Shown: piece after piece, positions 28,530 through 36,088 of the stretch
Position numbering within the stretch: the first letter of the stretch is position 1
How the letters are laid out: each line of letters opens with the position of its first letter
From: Candidatus Omnitrophota bacterium
GTDB taxonomy: Bacteria; Omnitrophota; Gorgyraeia; JAFGHF01
Reading direction: 5' to 3'
DNA length: 64,000 nt
Assembly (NCBI GenBank): GCA_042571705.1
Contig: JBHPFV010000005.1
Coordinates: 4,628-68,627, forward strand
Notes under the pieces: model-generated
What the model saw: the letters and a program-made list of their open reading frames with translations, nothing else
Databases searched by the model: none
What the model was told of the DNA's origin: nothing
Translations under genes and position numbers: made by a program

Positions 28530-29321
28530 ATGGTCAAGCAAATATTTATTTGTTTGTCGGTTTTGTTTGTAGTTGTGTTATGCGTTAATCCGCCATGCTA
28601 CGCCAGATATTATAGTGATCAATGGGAGGTGGAGAGCACCGATGATTTTTCAGGTTTGATTTTAGGCATGGGCGCTCTTTATAGCACCAGTCCCTATGAA
28701 GGCGTTGATGATCAGGTCTGGCCGGTACCGATTATCTTAGGCCGCTACCAACGATTCTATGCTGATGGCGCCTCAGTCGGATATGTTTTTCATGAAATGA
28801 ATCAGCCGAAAGTGGACTTCTCAGCAGTGCTGGCACCGCGATTAATGGGTTATGATTCTGAAGACAGCGATACCTTAGCCGGGATGGAGGATCGCGATTG
28901 GAGCTTAGACGGAGGCTTAAGGGCCAGATACACCAATGAATATTTCCGTTTAACCGCAACCGGTCTGATTGACTTAGCCGGCAACCACGAAGGCTTTGAA
29001 TTTAGTACCTATATTTCCAAGACCTTCTTCGATGGTTTCTTAACCCCGAGATTTGGCATTAAGGTGCAAAGCGAGGACCTGGTTGATTATTATTACGGAG
29101 TTCCGGCCAGCGAAGCCACAGCCACGCGCCTCGAATATATCGGTGATACTACGGTTAATATCGTCGCCGGAGTTGTCTTGGCCGCTCCGCTGCCATGGGA
29201 AAATTGGGTTGCCGTGGCAACTTTTCAATATGAACATTTAGGTTCTGAAATCGAAGACAGCCCGATTGTTGATGAAGACGGCATCTTTACTTACACTGGT
29301 GGTGTAGCCTACAAATTTTAA
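28530..29321 (+). CDS. Outer-membrane beta-barrel protein, MipA/OmpV-like
   Basis: Signal peptide, amphipathic beta-strand periodicity, and a C-terminal YKF. The SPYEGVDDQVWPVPII region resembles MipA family proteins (from memory). Confidence 0.55.
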   Translation: MVKQIFICLSVLFVVVLCVNPPCYARYYSDQWEVESTDDFSGLILGMGALYSTSPYEGVDDQVWPVPIILGRYQRFYADGASVGYVFHEMNQPKVDFSAVLAPRLMGYDSEDSDTLAGMEDRDWSLDGGLRARYTNEYFRLTATGLIDLAGNHEGFEFSTYISKTFFDGFLTPRFGIKVQSEDLVDYYYGVPASEATATRLEYIGDTTVNIVAGVVLAAPLPWENWVAVATFQYEHLGSEIEDSPIVDEDGIFTYTGGVAYKF

Positions 29322-29343
29322 TACAATAAATAAGCTATTTCTA

Positions 29344-29997
29344 TTGAAATTTTTTTATATTTCTATAATATTACTCATCTGTTTCACTGATCTGCGTTTT
29401 GCCTTTGGCGAAGACGATTTCCAATATTGGAATACAGAAAACGCGTCTTGGCAACTAGCTGATAATTGGAAAATACAATTGGAAGCGGAATTCCGCTTTG
29501 GCGATGACGCTTGTGATTTCTATTATCAACATTCAGACTCAGGAGCAACATTTTCCGGCCTGGCGGAATGGTTAGATATTGGATTCAATTACCGCCAGAT
29601 ATTTGAGGAAAAAAACAGCGATTGGAAATATGAAAACAGGCCGCACCTGAATGCTACAGTTAAATTTAATTTAGGAGGGTTAAAACTTAGCAATCGAGGT
29701 AGATTGGCATATAGAAACAGAGAAGATGCCGATAACTTTTGGCAATACAGAAACAAGCTGACCCTTAAATTTCCTAATAAACTCAGCAAATTGGATATTC
29801 AGCCCTATCTCGCTGATGAGATCTTTGTTAGCTTTGATGATCAAGAGCTCAACCGAAACCGGCTTTATGTAGGGTTCTATTTAAAATTATTAAAGAGTTT
29901 AAAAGGGGAAATATTTTATCTCTGGCAGCGCAGCAAAAGCAGCGGAAAATGGACCAATGCTAACATACTGGGTACAAAACTAAAATTCTCTTTTTAA
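29344..29997 (+). CDS. Outer-membrane beta-barrel protein (DUF2490-like)
   Basis: Signal peptide, an FQYWNTE start to the mature part, alternating strands, and a terminal F. TTG start. The family is recalled from memory. Confidence 0.5.
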   Translation: MKFFYISIILLICFTDLRFAFGEDDFQYWNTENASWQLADNWKIQLEAEFRFGDDACDFYYQHSDSGATFSGLAEWLDIGFNYRQIFEEKNSDWKYENRPHLNATVKFNLGGLKLSNRGRLAYRNREDADNFWQYRNKLTLKFPNKLSKLDIQPYLADEIFVSFDDQELNRNRLYVGFYLKLLKSLKGEIFYLWQRSKSSGKWTNANILGTKLKFSF

Positions 29998-30007
29998 ATA
30001 TTAGCAA

Positions 30008-30072
30008 TAAATAAGCCGTTGTAACTAGCATCATTACAACGGCTTTTTTATTTTGGTGCCGAAGCGGGGATT
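30008..30072. repeat. Copy 1 of the terminator hairpin + 19-nt tRNA-Leu 3'-end repeat (distal island boundary)
   Basis: aagccgttgtaa..ttacaacggctt hairpin, then tggtgccgaagcggggatt (30054-30072). This is identical to nt 46984-47002 of the intact tRNA gene. Confidence 0.85.
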
Positions 30073-30132
30073 AATCAGTTAATCGTCCTAATTTTGCAAA
30101 GAAGAAATAATGTAAGATTTTAAAACAAGTGC

Positions 30133-30161
30133 TTGACATGTTTCGTTACATATGATATACT
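30133..30161 (+). promoter_or_regulatory. Sigma-70 promoter TTGACA-17-TATACT for the TA operon
   Basis: ttgaca at 30133-30138, 17-nt spacer, tatact at 30156-30161. Confidence 0.6.
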
Positions 30162-30193
30162 TGTAATAGTCTAAGAAGTGGGGGAGGAGTAAA

Positions 30194-30991
30194 ATGGCAG
30201 ATACATTTTATAAAAAATTAGGTATGCGGATTAAAGCCTTAAGAGAGCAAGCTGGATACTCACAGGAGAAATTAGCTGATTTGCTTAAAATAAGCAGGGT
30301 TTCTCTATCGCAGATTGAAACTGGAGATAGAAGGTTAAGCGCCGAGGAAGTAGCGGAGCTATCAAAAGTATTCAACGTTACTTCAGATATTTTACTCGAC
30401 TTAAAAAAGGATATAAAAGTGGTTTTAGAAAAAACAAAGAAACCTACAAAAGTAAGGCCAGAGGTTCGGATTAACGTGCCGCAAAAGAACTTAGATAAGT
30501 TTAAAGAAGTTTTACTCTATATTCTTAATCAAGTGGGCTCAAAGCCAAATATTGGTGAGTCTGTGCTATATAAGCTACTTTATTTTATCGATTTTAATTA
30601 TTACGAGAAATATGAAGAACAGCTTATCGGCGCCACCTACATAAAAAATAATTATGGCCCCACTCCTAAAGAATTTATAAAGATAATTGATGAAATGGAA
30701 GCCCAAAAGGAAATAATTAAAGTGGAGGATAAGTATTTTCAGTATCCCCAGCGAAAGTATCTTCCTTTAGAGACGCCTGATTTATCTAAATTGAAAGCTA
30801 GCGAATTAAAAATGATTGATGATGTATTGGAAAAGCTTTCTGATATGAATGCTGCGCGGATAAGTGAATACTCGCATAACGACGTTCCTTGGCTTACCAC
30901 AGAAGACGGTGAAATAATAGATTACGAATCTGTTTTTTACCGCACCCCGGAATACTCCTTGAGGTCTTACAGTGAAAAAGATATTCAATGA
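30194..30991 (+). CDS. XRE-HTH + DUF4065 (Panacea/SocA-like) antitoxin-type protein
   Basis: N-terminal HTH_XRE (IKALREQAGYSQEKLADLLKISRVSLSQIETG). The C-terminal part (VLYKLLYFIDFNYYEKYEEQLIGATYIKNNYGPTP) is typical of DUF4065. Confidence 0.75.
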   Translation: MADTFYKKLGMRIKALREQAGYSQEKLADLLKISRVSLSQIETGDRRLSAEEVAELSKVFNVTSDILLDLKKDIKVVLEKTKKPTKVRPEVRINVPQKNLDKFKEVLLYILNQVGSKPNIGESVLYKLLYFIDFNYYEKYEEQLIGATYIKNNYGPTPKEFIKIIDEMEAQKEIIKVEDKYFQYPQRKYLPLETPDLSKLKASELKMIDDVLEKLSDMNAARISEYSHNDVPWLTTEDGEIIDYESVFYRTPEYSLRSYSEKDIQ

Positions 30992-31346
30992 AATCAAGGC
31001 CCTCCCGGAATTCGACAAGGATTTAAAAAAACTTAAAAAGTTTAAAACGCTTAAAGAAGATTTAGATATATTTACCGAGAAACAACTTCAGCTTTTTCAT
31101 AAATTAGGCATAGATAATAAGGGAATAGTCCAAATATCAAATCTTGGTATTGAATGTCCAAATATTTATAAAGCAAGAAAGTTTGCTTGTAGATCTTTGA
31201 AAGGCAGAGGATCCGCAAGTGGCATTAGGGTAATTTACGCCTATTTTGAAGATAAAGATCGCGTAGAATTTATTGAGATATACTATAAAGGCGATAAGGA
31301 GAGCGAAGATAGAGGAAGAATTTTAAGGCATTACGGCAAAAAATAG
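30972..31346 (+). CDS. RelE/ParE-superfamily toxin-like protein
   Basis: 124 aa. The GTG start overlaps the upstream gene by 20 nt. GIRVIYAYFEDKDRVEFIEIYYKGDKE matches the conserved RelE/HigB-type beta-sheet core. Confidence 0.6.
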   Translation: MKKIFNEIKALPEFDKDLKKLKKFKTLKEDLDIFTEKQLQLFHKLGIDNKGIVQISNLGIECPNIYKARKFACRSLKGRGSASGIRVIYAYFEDKDRVEFIEIYYKGDKESEDRGRILRHYGKK

Positions 31347-31387
31347 TTTTAAGATATAAGGCGATTGAGATAGTATATCCGTAGGAA

Positions 31388-31450
31388 AAATAGCCGTTGT
31401 AAGTATCATCACTACAACGGCTTGTTATTTCTGGTGCCGAAGCGGGGATT
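31388..31450. repeat. Copy 2 of the hairpin + 19-nt tRNA-Leu 3'-end repeat
   Basis: agccgttgtaagtatcatcactacaacggct, then tggtgccgaagcggggatt (31432-31450). Confidence 0.85.
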
Positions 31451-31506
31451 TGATTGTGGGTGAGTTTTGTTTGGTTGTGTGAAGCTGTGGCTGGGTGTGG
31501 ATATTT

Positions 31507-31537
31507 GCGTAACTTTATAATTTATATAAGGTTACGC
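31507..31537. repeat. Island-arm inverted repeat (gcgtaac..gttacgc)
   Basis: The hairpin sits 75 nt after the tRNA-fragment start. The same element with the same spacing is at 41244-41274. Confidence 0.6.
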
Positions 31538-31591
31538 CTTTTTGTTTGCCTTTATCTGTTTGGAAAGCTTTAGCCTATTTAGGCATGAATG

Positions 31592-31612
31592 TGGCACAAA
31601 TCTGGCACAGAC
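31592..31612. repeat. 21-nt direct repeat TGGCACAAATCTGGCACAGAC (copy 1 of 4)
   Basis: Exact or near-exact copies at 41101, 41329 and 46915, all in the same orientation. Confidence 0.8.
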
Positions 31613-31655
31613 CCTTTCCCATCACAAGGTTTCAACGTAAAAAAGCAAAAAATCC

Positions 31656-31684
31656 TTGACATAGCTTTTATTAAGTGCTATTAT
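31656..31684 (+). promoter_or_regulatory. Sigma-70 promoter TTGACA-17-TATTAT upstream of nikR
   Basis: ttgaca at 31656-31661, tattat at 31679-31684. Preceded by an A-tract. Confidence 0.55.
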
Positions 31685-31713
31685 TTTAAGAAACGTAATA
31701 CCAAGGATAATAT

Positions 31714-32130
31714 ATGTCAGAGTTATTTAGATTTGGAATTTCATTAGAAAAAGAGCTACTAGAAAAATTTGATCATCTTATTAGAGAAGAGAATTATACT
31801 AACCGCTCTGAGGCTTTTCGAGATTTAATCCGTCAGGAGCTAGTAAAGAAGCAGTGGCAGGAAGGTAAAGAGATTGCCGGAGCCATTACTATTATTTACA
31901 ATCACCACAAAAGAGAACTTCTTAACAAAATTATTGATCTCCAACACGACTTTCAAAAAGCGATCATATCCACACAACATATCCATTTGGATCATAATAA
32001 TTGCTTGGAGATAATCGCGATCAAGGGTAACCCAAAAGAAACACAAAAGTTATTCAATACCTTAAAATCTATCAAAGGCATAAAACACGCTGCTCTATCT
32101 ATGACAACGACCGGCAGTAAAATACCTTAA
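31714..32130 (+). CDS. nikR: Nickel-responsive regulator NikR (ribbon-helix-helix + metal-binding ACT-like domain)
   Basis: RFGISLEKELLEKFD...NRSEAFRDLIR RHH domain. C-terminal IIYNHH...HIHLDHNNCLE His/Cys metal-site motifs. Confidence 0.85.
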   Translation: MSELFRFGISLEKELLEKFDHLIREENYTNRSEAFRDLIRQELVKKQWQEGKEIAGAITIIYNHHKRELLNKIIDLQHDFQKAIISTQHIHLDHNNCLEIIAIKGNPKETQKLFNTLKSIKGIKHAALSMTTTGSKIP

Positions 32131-32224
32131 TCTATGGGGTATTATTTTTTTTCTTTGCAAGTAGCACGATTTCGATAATAGTAATATTAACATATTTACA
32201 GCTTCGCAAAGAAGGAAATGAATC

Positions 32225-32980
32225 GTGGGGAAAATTTTAAATTTAATCTTATTTTTGATAATTGCTTTTCCAATAATTGTACCTTCTATTGCCTATGCAG
32301 CAAGGCCTTTATCTACTGATGATGCAGGTACAGTAGAAGAAAGACACATTGAAATTGAAAGTGGCTTTGAATATGTTAATCAAACAGACGAAGAGAATAG
32401 TTTGAATTTAGTGTTAAAATACGGCATTATCAAAAATTTGGATTTGGGCACAGAGCTACCCTATAAATTTATCAATCTTAGTGGAAGCGCTGATGTTGAC
32501 GGCATAGGAGATATAAAAGTTACTACTAAATATCGTTTTTTAGAAGAGACAAAAAAAATTCCTGCTTTGGCTTTTAGTTTTAGCGTTAAAACCAAAACAG
32601 GCAGCGAAGCCAAGGGCATCGGTTCTGGGGAGGTGGATTATATTTTAAACGGGATAATTACTAAAACAATAGATAAGTTCATTAACCATTTAAATTTAGG
32701 TTATACGTTTGTCGGTGAACCTGAGGAGGGAAACCCTGACGATATTTTTTCTTATAGTTTAGCCTTAGAATATCCCATGTATGAGAGGTTAAGTATAGTA
32801 GGAGAGATTGCTGGTGAGACTACCTTTGAGGGAGATTTTGATGACAATCCCTGCAGTGGATTACTGGGGCTAAATTATGCCCTCAACGAAATGACTTCCT
32901 TCGATTTTGGAATGGGATTTAAGATATCAGACGCTAGCCCTGATTACAAAATTATTACAGGTTTGACATTTGGCTTTTAA
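32225..32980 (+). CDS. Outer-membrane beta-barrel transporter-like protein (MetA-pathway/'transporter' OMP family-like)
   Basis: Signal peptide (AYAARPLSTDDAGT..), alternating strands, and a terminal F. GTG start. The family is recalled from memory. Confidence 0.5.
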   Translation: MGKILNLILFLIIAFPIIVPSIAYAARPLSTDDAGTVEERHIEIESGFEYVNQTDEENSLNLVLKYGIIKNLDLGTELPYKFINLSGSADVDGIGDIKVTTKYRFLEETKKIPALAFSFSVKTKTGSEAKGIGSGEVDYILNGIITKTIDKFINHLNLGYTFVGEPEEGNPDDIFSYSLALEYPMYERLSIVGEIAGETTFEGDFDDNPCSGLLGLNYALNEMTSFDFGMGFKISDASPDYKIITGLTFGF

Positions 32981-33005
32981 ATAAAAGGAGAGGAGGGAAG
33001 GTAAA

Positions 33006-33302
33006 ATGTGTTATACTGCACCATTAATAGGAGCTATAGTTACAACTGTGGCTTGGAAAAAGACAAAAGATGTAAAAGTCTGGTGGCTAAACTTAATGTT
33101 CTACGGAGGTGCATTATTTGGAGTAATAGACCATTTTTGGAATGGCGAGTTATTCCTTATTTCCGAAAACATAATTAGCGATTTGCTATTGGGTGTAACT
33201 ATTACAGCTATTATCCTCGTATCATGGGGAGCAGCAGTTATATGGAGCAAGGTAAACCCTACTTTAGCTAATTATGTGAACCTTAAGAGCCAATCCATCT
33301 AA
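33006..33302 (+). CDS. Small integral membrane protein, unknown function
   Basis: 98 aa with three hydrophobic segments. Preceded by GGAGAGGAGGGAAGG. Confidence 0.5.
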   Translation: MCYTAPLIGAIVTTVAWKKTKDVKVWWLNLMFYGGALFGVIDHFWNGELFLISENIISDLLLGVTITAIILVSWGAAVIWSKVNPTLANYVNLKSQSI

Positions 33303-33325
33303 CCCTTTTTGTTTGAAAAAAAGAC

Positions 33326-33354
33326 TTGACAGGGGCTAAGCTATGGAGTATACT
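33326..33354 (+). promoter_or_regulatory. Sigma-70 promoter TTGACA-17-TATACT upstream of the Fur-family gene
   Basis: ttgaca at 33326-33331, tatact at 33349-33354. Preceded by an A-tract. Confidence 0.6.
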
Positions 33355-33389
33355 TGATAATGGAAACCAGTATCAATAGGAGATGAGTG

Positions 33390-33863
33390 ATGCCTCAACG
33401 AGATGGAACAGGACCACCTTGGTGGCACGGAAGGTTTAGGGGATGCGGCTATAGAATGACTGTGCCTAGGCAGGCCATATTAGATGTATTAAGCAAAACA
33501 TCTAAGCATCTGAGTGCTGAGGATGCATATATGGTTGTCCATAAGAACTATCCCAATGTAGGGCTTACGACCGTCTATCGTACTTTAGAATTATTAGTTC
33601 AGGTAGGCCTGGTTTTTAAGTTCGATTTCGGTGATGGGAGAGCACGATATGAGCTGTCAGAAGGGCCAAAAGGAGTTAGGCATCACCACCATTTAGTCTG
33701 TACAGATTGTGGCAGGGTTATTGATTATACAGATTTTATAGATGAAGAAGTAGAATTACTTAATCAAACGGAAAAAGGGCTTTCTAAAAAGTTTAATTTC
33801 AAAATCACTAATCATCTTATCCAATTTTATGGATTATGTGATAAATGCAAAAGTGAGAAATGA
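33390..33863 (+). CDS. fur: Fur-family metalloregulator with an N-terminal MPxxDGTGP (DUF5320-like) extension
   Basis: Winged-helix region (RQAILDVL...TVYRTLELL), HHHHLVCTDCG and CDKC Zn/metal sites. The N-terminus is MPQRDGTGPPWWHGRFRGCG. An AGGAGA RBS lies 8 nt before ATG 33390. Confidence 0.8.
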   Translation: MPQRDGTGPPWWHGRFRGCGYRMTVPRQAILDVLSKTSKHLSAEDAYMVVHKNYPNVGLTTVYRTLELLVQVGLVFKFDFGDGRARYELSEGPKGVRHHHHLVCTDCGRVIDYTDFIDEEVELLNQTEKGLSKKFNFKITNHLIQFYGLCDKCKSEK

Positions 33864-33889
33864 GATTTATATTTTTTTTCACTGTAAAT

Positions 33890-33908
33890 GAAAATGATTA
33901 TCATTAAC
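33890..33908. promoter_or_regulatory. Fur box upstream of the DUF5320 gene
   Basis: gaaaatgattatcattaac matches the classical GATAATGATAATCATTATC consensus at 16 of 19 positions. The core palindrome is aatgat-t-atcatt. Confidence 0.65.
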
Positions 33909-33930
33909 AAACAGGAAGGAGGTGTTTAAG

Positions 33931-34233
33931 ATGCCAGGTTTTGACGGAACCGGTCCCATGGGAATGGGTCCTATAACAGGCGGAGGAAGAGGTTTTTGTG
34001 CCGTGCCTATGAAAGATTGGCGGAGGCCCTTTGGTGGTAGATTCTTTGGTAGAGGCAGAGGCCGAGGCTGGAGACGTGGTTGGTTTGGTTATGGAAGCCC
34101 TAATGCTTCAGAGTTTACGCCGCAACAAGAAGCGGAGATGCTCAAAAAAGAAGCTAAGGCTATGCAGGATGAGATAAACTCCATACACATACGTATAAGT
34201 GAATTGGAATCCGCAGAGAAAAAGACTAAATAA
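33931..34233 (+). CDS. DUF5320-like protein (Gly-rich N-terminus, coiled-coil C-terminus)
   Basis: MPGFDGTGPMGMGPITGGGRGFC, RG-rich middle, C-terminal coiled coil (EAEMLKKEAKAMQDEINSIHIRISELE). A GGAGG RBS precedes ATG 33931. Confidence 0.7.
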   Translation: MPGFDGTGPMGMGPITGGGRGFCAVPMKDWRRPFGGRFFGRGRGRGWRRGWFGYGSPNASEFTPQQEAEMLKKEAKAMQDEINSIHIRISELESAEKKTK

Positions 34234-34262
34234 AAAGCACTTAATAACAAAGGAGTCTATTT

Positions 34263-34661
34263 ATGAGAGTGGCGATATCCACGGATGGGGATTTTGTATC
34301 TGCTCATTTTGGCAGATGTCCGTCATTTACTATTGTCGATATTGAGAATGATAAAGTTACGAAGAGAGAAGTCATAGACAATCCTGGGCATCAACCAGGA
34401 TTTATACCGCAATTCTTGCATGAAAGAGATGTCAATTGTATTGTTGCCGGTGGCATGGGAATGAGGGCAACAGGACTTTTCAACGAACTTAGGATTCAGG
34501 CAGTTGTAGGAGTAAGCGGAAATATTGATGAAGTAATAGAGAAACTTCAAAAAGGAACTTTAGAAGGTGGCGAGAGTCTATGTAAACCTGGTGCAGGAAA
34601 AGGATATGGTTTAGATAAGACTGAATGCGATCATCCTAAACAGGATAAATGTGATCATTGA
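34263..34661 (+). CDS. NifX/NifB-C-terminal-like (dinitrogenase FeMo-cofactor-binding fold) protein
   Basis: MRVAISTDG..VSAHFGRCPSFTIVDIE...VNCIVAGGMG is the typical motif series of this family. Confidence 0.8.
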   Translation: MRVAISTDGDFVSAHFGRCPSFTIVDIENDKVTKREVIDNPGHQPGFIPQFLHERDVNCIVAGGMGMRATGLFNELRIQAVVGVSGNIDEVIEKLQKGTLEGGESLCKPGAGKGYGLDKTECDHPKQDKCDH

Positions 34662-34679
34662 TTGAGAGGTGGTGAGAAC

Positions 34680-35054
34680 ATGAAGATTTGCATAACTTCA
34701 CAAGGAGACAATTTGGATTCACAGGTTGACCCACGCTTTGGAAGATGCCAGTATTTTATCATTACAGATACCCAGACTTCTGGATTAGAGGTAATTCAAA
34801 ATCCGAATATTGATTCCATGGGGGGCGCAGGTATTCAATCAGGGCAACTTGTGGCAACTAAAGGAGCCAAAGTAGTTTTAACTGGCAACGTAGGTCCAAA
34901 CGCCTTTCAGACTTTACAAGCAGCAGGGATCGATGTAATTACCGGAGTATCCGGTATCGTTAAAGATGTAACAAAGAAGTACAAAAAAGGCGAATTTAAG
35001 CCAACCCAAGGCCCAAGTGTCAATTCTAAATTTGGTATGCCAACGAAGAAATAG
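34680..35054 (+). CDS. NifX/NifB-C-terminal-like protein (second copy)
   Basis: MKICITSQGDNLDSQVDPRFGRCQYFIITD...VVLTGNVGPNAFQ. A GAGGTGGTGAG RBS precedes ATG 34680. Confidence 0.8.
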   Translation: MKICITSQGDNLDSQVDPRFGRCQYFIITDTQTSGLEVIQNPNIDSMGGAGIQSGQLVATKGAKVVLTGNVGPNAFQTLQAAGIDVITGVSGIVKDVTKKYKKGEFKPTQGPSVNSKFGMPTKK

Positions 35055-35066
35055 GGAGAACTTAAA

Positions 35067-35240
35067 ATGGCAGTTAGGGTGAATAAAATTAAATGCGATG
35101 GTTGTGGGGCATGCGCTGATGTTTGTCCTGCAAATGCTATTGAAATTAAACAAAGCAAGGTTGTTGTAAGTGATGAGTGCGTGGAATGTGGTGCATGTGT
35201 AGATGAATGTCCAAACGAAGCGATATCGCTTCCAAAATAG
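35067..35240 (+). CDS. 2x[4Fe-4S] ferredoxin (57 aa; absent from the supplied ORF track)
   Basis: It translates to MAVRVNKIKCDGCGACADVCPANAIEIKQSKVVVSDECVECGACVDECPNEAISLPK*, with two CxxCxxCxxxCP motifs. Preceded by a GGGAGAA RBS. Confidence 0.85.
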   Translation: MAVRVNKIKCDGCGACADVCPANAIEIKQSKVVVSDECVECGACVDECPNEAISLPK

Positions 35241-35252
35241 AAGGTGAGTGAA

Positions 35253-35468
35253 ATGCCGAGAGGAGATGGAACAGGACAAGGCCCGGGGACAGGTAAAGGT
35301 ATGGGAAGAGGTGGCGGTAGAGGCAGAATGGGTGGAAAGCGTCCAGGGTCAGGTCCTGGCGGAAGTTGCATCTGTCCAAGTTGTGGTTCGAAGATTCCTC
35401 ATCAGGCTGGGGCGCCGTGTGCTTCTTCAAGTTGCCCCAAATGCGGAAATCAGATGGTGCGGGAGTAA
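35253..35468 (+). CDS. DUF5320-like Gly/Arg-rich protein with C-terminal zinc ribbon
   Basis: MPRGDGTGQGPGTGKGMGRGGGRGR N-terminus. CICPSCG...CPKCG C-terminus. Confidence 0.65.
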   Translation: MPRGDGTGQGPGTGKGMGRGGGRGRMGGKRPGSGPGGSCICPSCGSKIPHQAGAPCASSSCPKCGNQMVRE

Positions 35469-35471
35469 TTA

Positions 35472-36083
35472 TTGAAAGAGAAACTATTAGAAAATCATAA
35501 AAGATATTTAGATAGAATAAATTTCTACAAGAAGTTTAGCTATGATGTTGAAGAAGAGAGAAAATTCATCTTAGAAAAGTCATACCCTCTCTATGGAGAC
35601 ATAGTAGAAGTAGGAACGGGCAAGGGGTATTTCACTGTTGAACTTGCTAAAGAAGGATATAACTTTACCAGTATAGACATTTCAGATGATGAACAGGAAT
35701 TCGCCAGATTTAATATAAAATATTTCGGCTTTGAAAAGCTTGTAGATTTTAGAATAGAGAACGCAGAGCACCTAAGTTTTGACAATTCCAGCTTCGATAT
35801 AATATTTTCTATCAACACAATTCACCATCTTACCAATCCGGTTAAAGTAATAGAGGAGCTGATAAGGATAGCTACCCTTGAAGGAAAGATAATTTTAAGT
35901 GATTTTACTGAAGACGGCTTAAAAATTATAGATAAAGTTCATGCAGCCGAAGGAAGAGTACACAAAGCGGGGCGGACAAACTTATCAGAGGTAGGTAATT
36001 ATTTAGAACGGAGAGGATTTAGTATCCAAAAGCACAAAAGCAGATTTCAAAAAATTCTTATCGCTTATCGCCAAATTATATAA
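35472..36083 (+). CDS. Class I SAM-dependent methyltransferase
   Basis: Motif I IVEVGTGKGYFTVELA, acidic loop SIDISD, and FDIIFSINTIHH. TTG start. Confidence 0.75.
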   Translation: MKEKLLENHKRYLDRINFYKKFSYDVEEERKFILEKSYPLYGDIVEVGTGKGYFTVELAKEGYNFTSIDISDDEQEFARFNIKYFGFEKLVDFRIENAEHLSFDNSSFDIIFSINTIHHLTNPVKVIEELIRIATLEGKIILSDFTEDGLKIIDKVHAAEGRVHKAGRTNLSEVGNYLERRGFSIQKHKSRFQKILIAYRQII

Positions 36084-36088
36084 TAGTT

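Larger units (their letters stand above)
30073..31431. mobile_element. Islet C (about 1.4 kb): toxin-antitoxin cargo between two tRNA-Leu 3'-end copies
   Basis: Bounded by the repeats at 30008-30072 and 31388-31450. No recombinase gene. Confidence 0.6.

Noticed and set aside
30054-30072. Partial tRNA-like sequences at 30054, 31432 and 41169 as extra tRNA genes
   Set aside because: Only the 3'-terminal 18-19 nt of tRNA-Leu are present. There is no D arm, anticodon arm or 5' acceptor strand.
31592-31612. TGGCAC-N5-TGGCAC read as a sigma-54 (-24/-12) promoter
   Set aside because: The -12 TTGC element is missing. The motif recurs at island boundaries (41101, 41329, 46915), including positions with no downstream gene, so a recombination or arm-type site is a better fit.
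32131-32224. Search for a NikR operator between nikR and the OM beta-barrel gene
   Set aside because: Only a single TATTATT half-site and loose AT-rich palindromes were found. No convincing GTATGA-N16-TCATAC or TATWATT-N11-AATWATA dyad is present.
34907-35430. Three long minus-strand ORFs (154, 121 and 94 aa) in the track
   Set aside because: They lie antisense to the NifX-like, ferredoxin and Gly-rich DUF5320-like genes. Their proline/glycine-rich, low-complexity translations are typical shadow ORFs, and the + strand genes have clear motifs.
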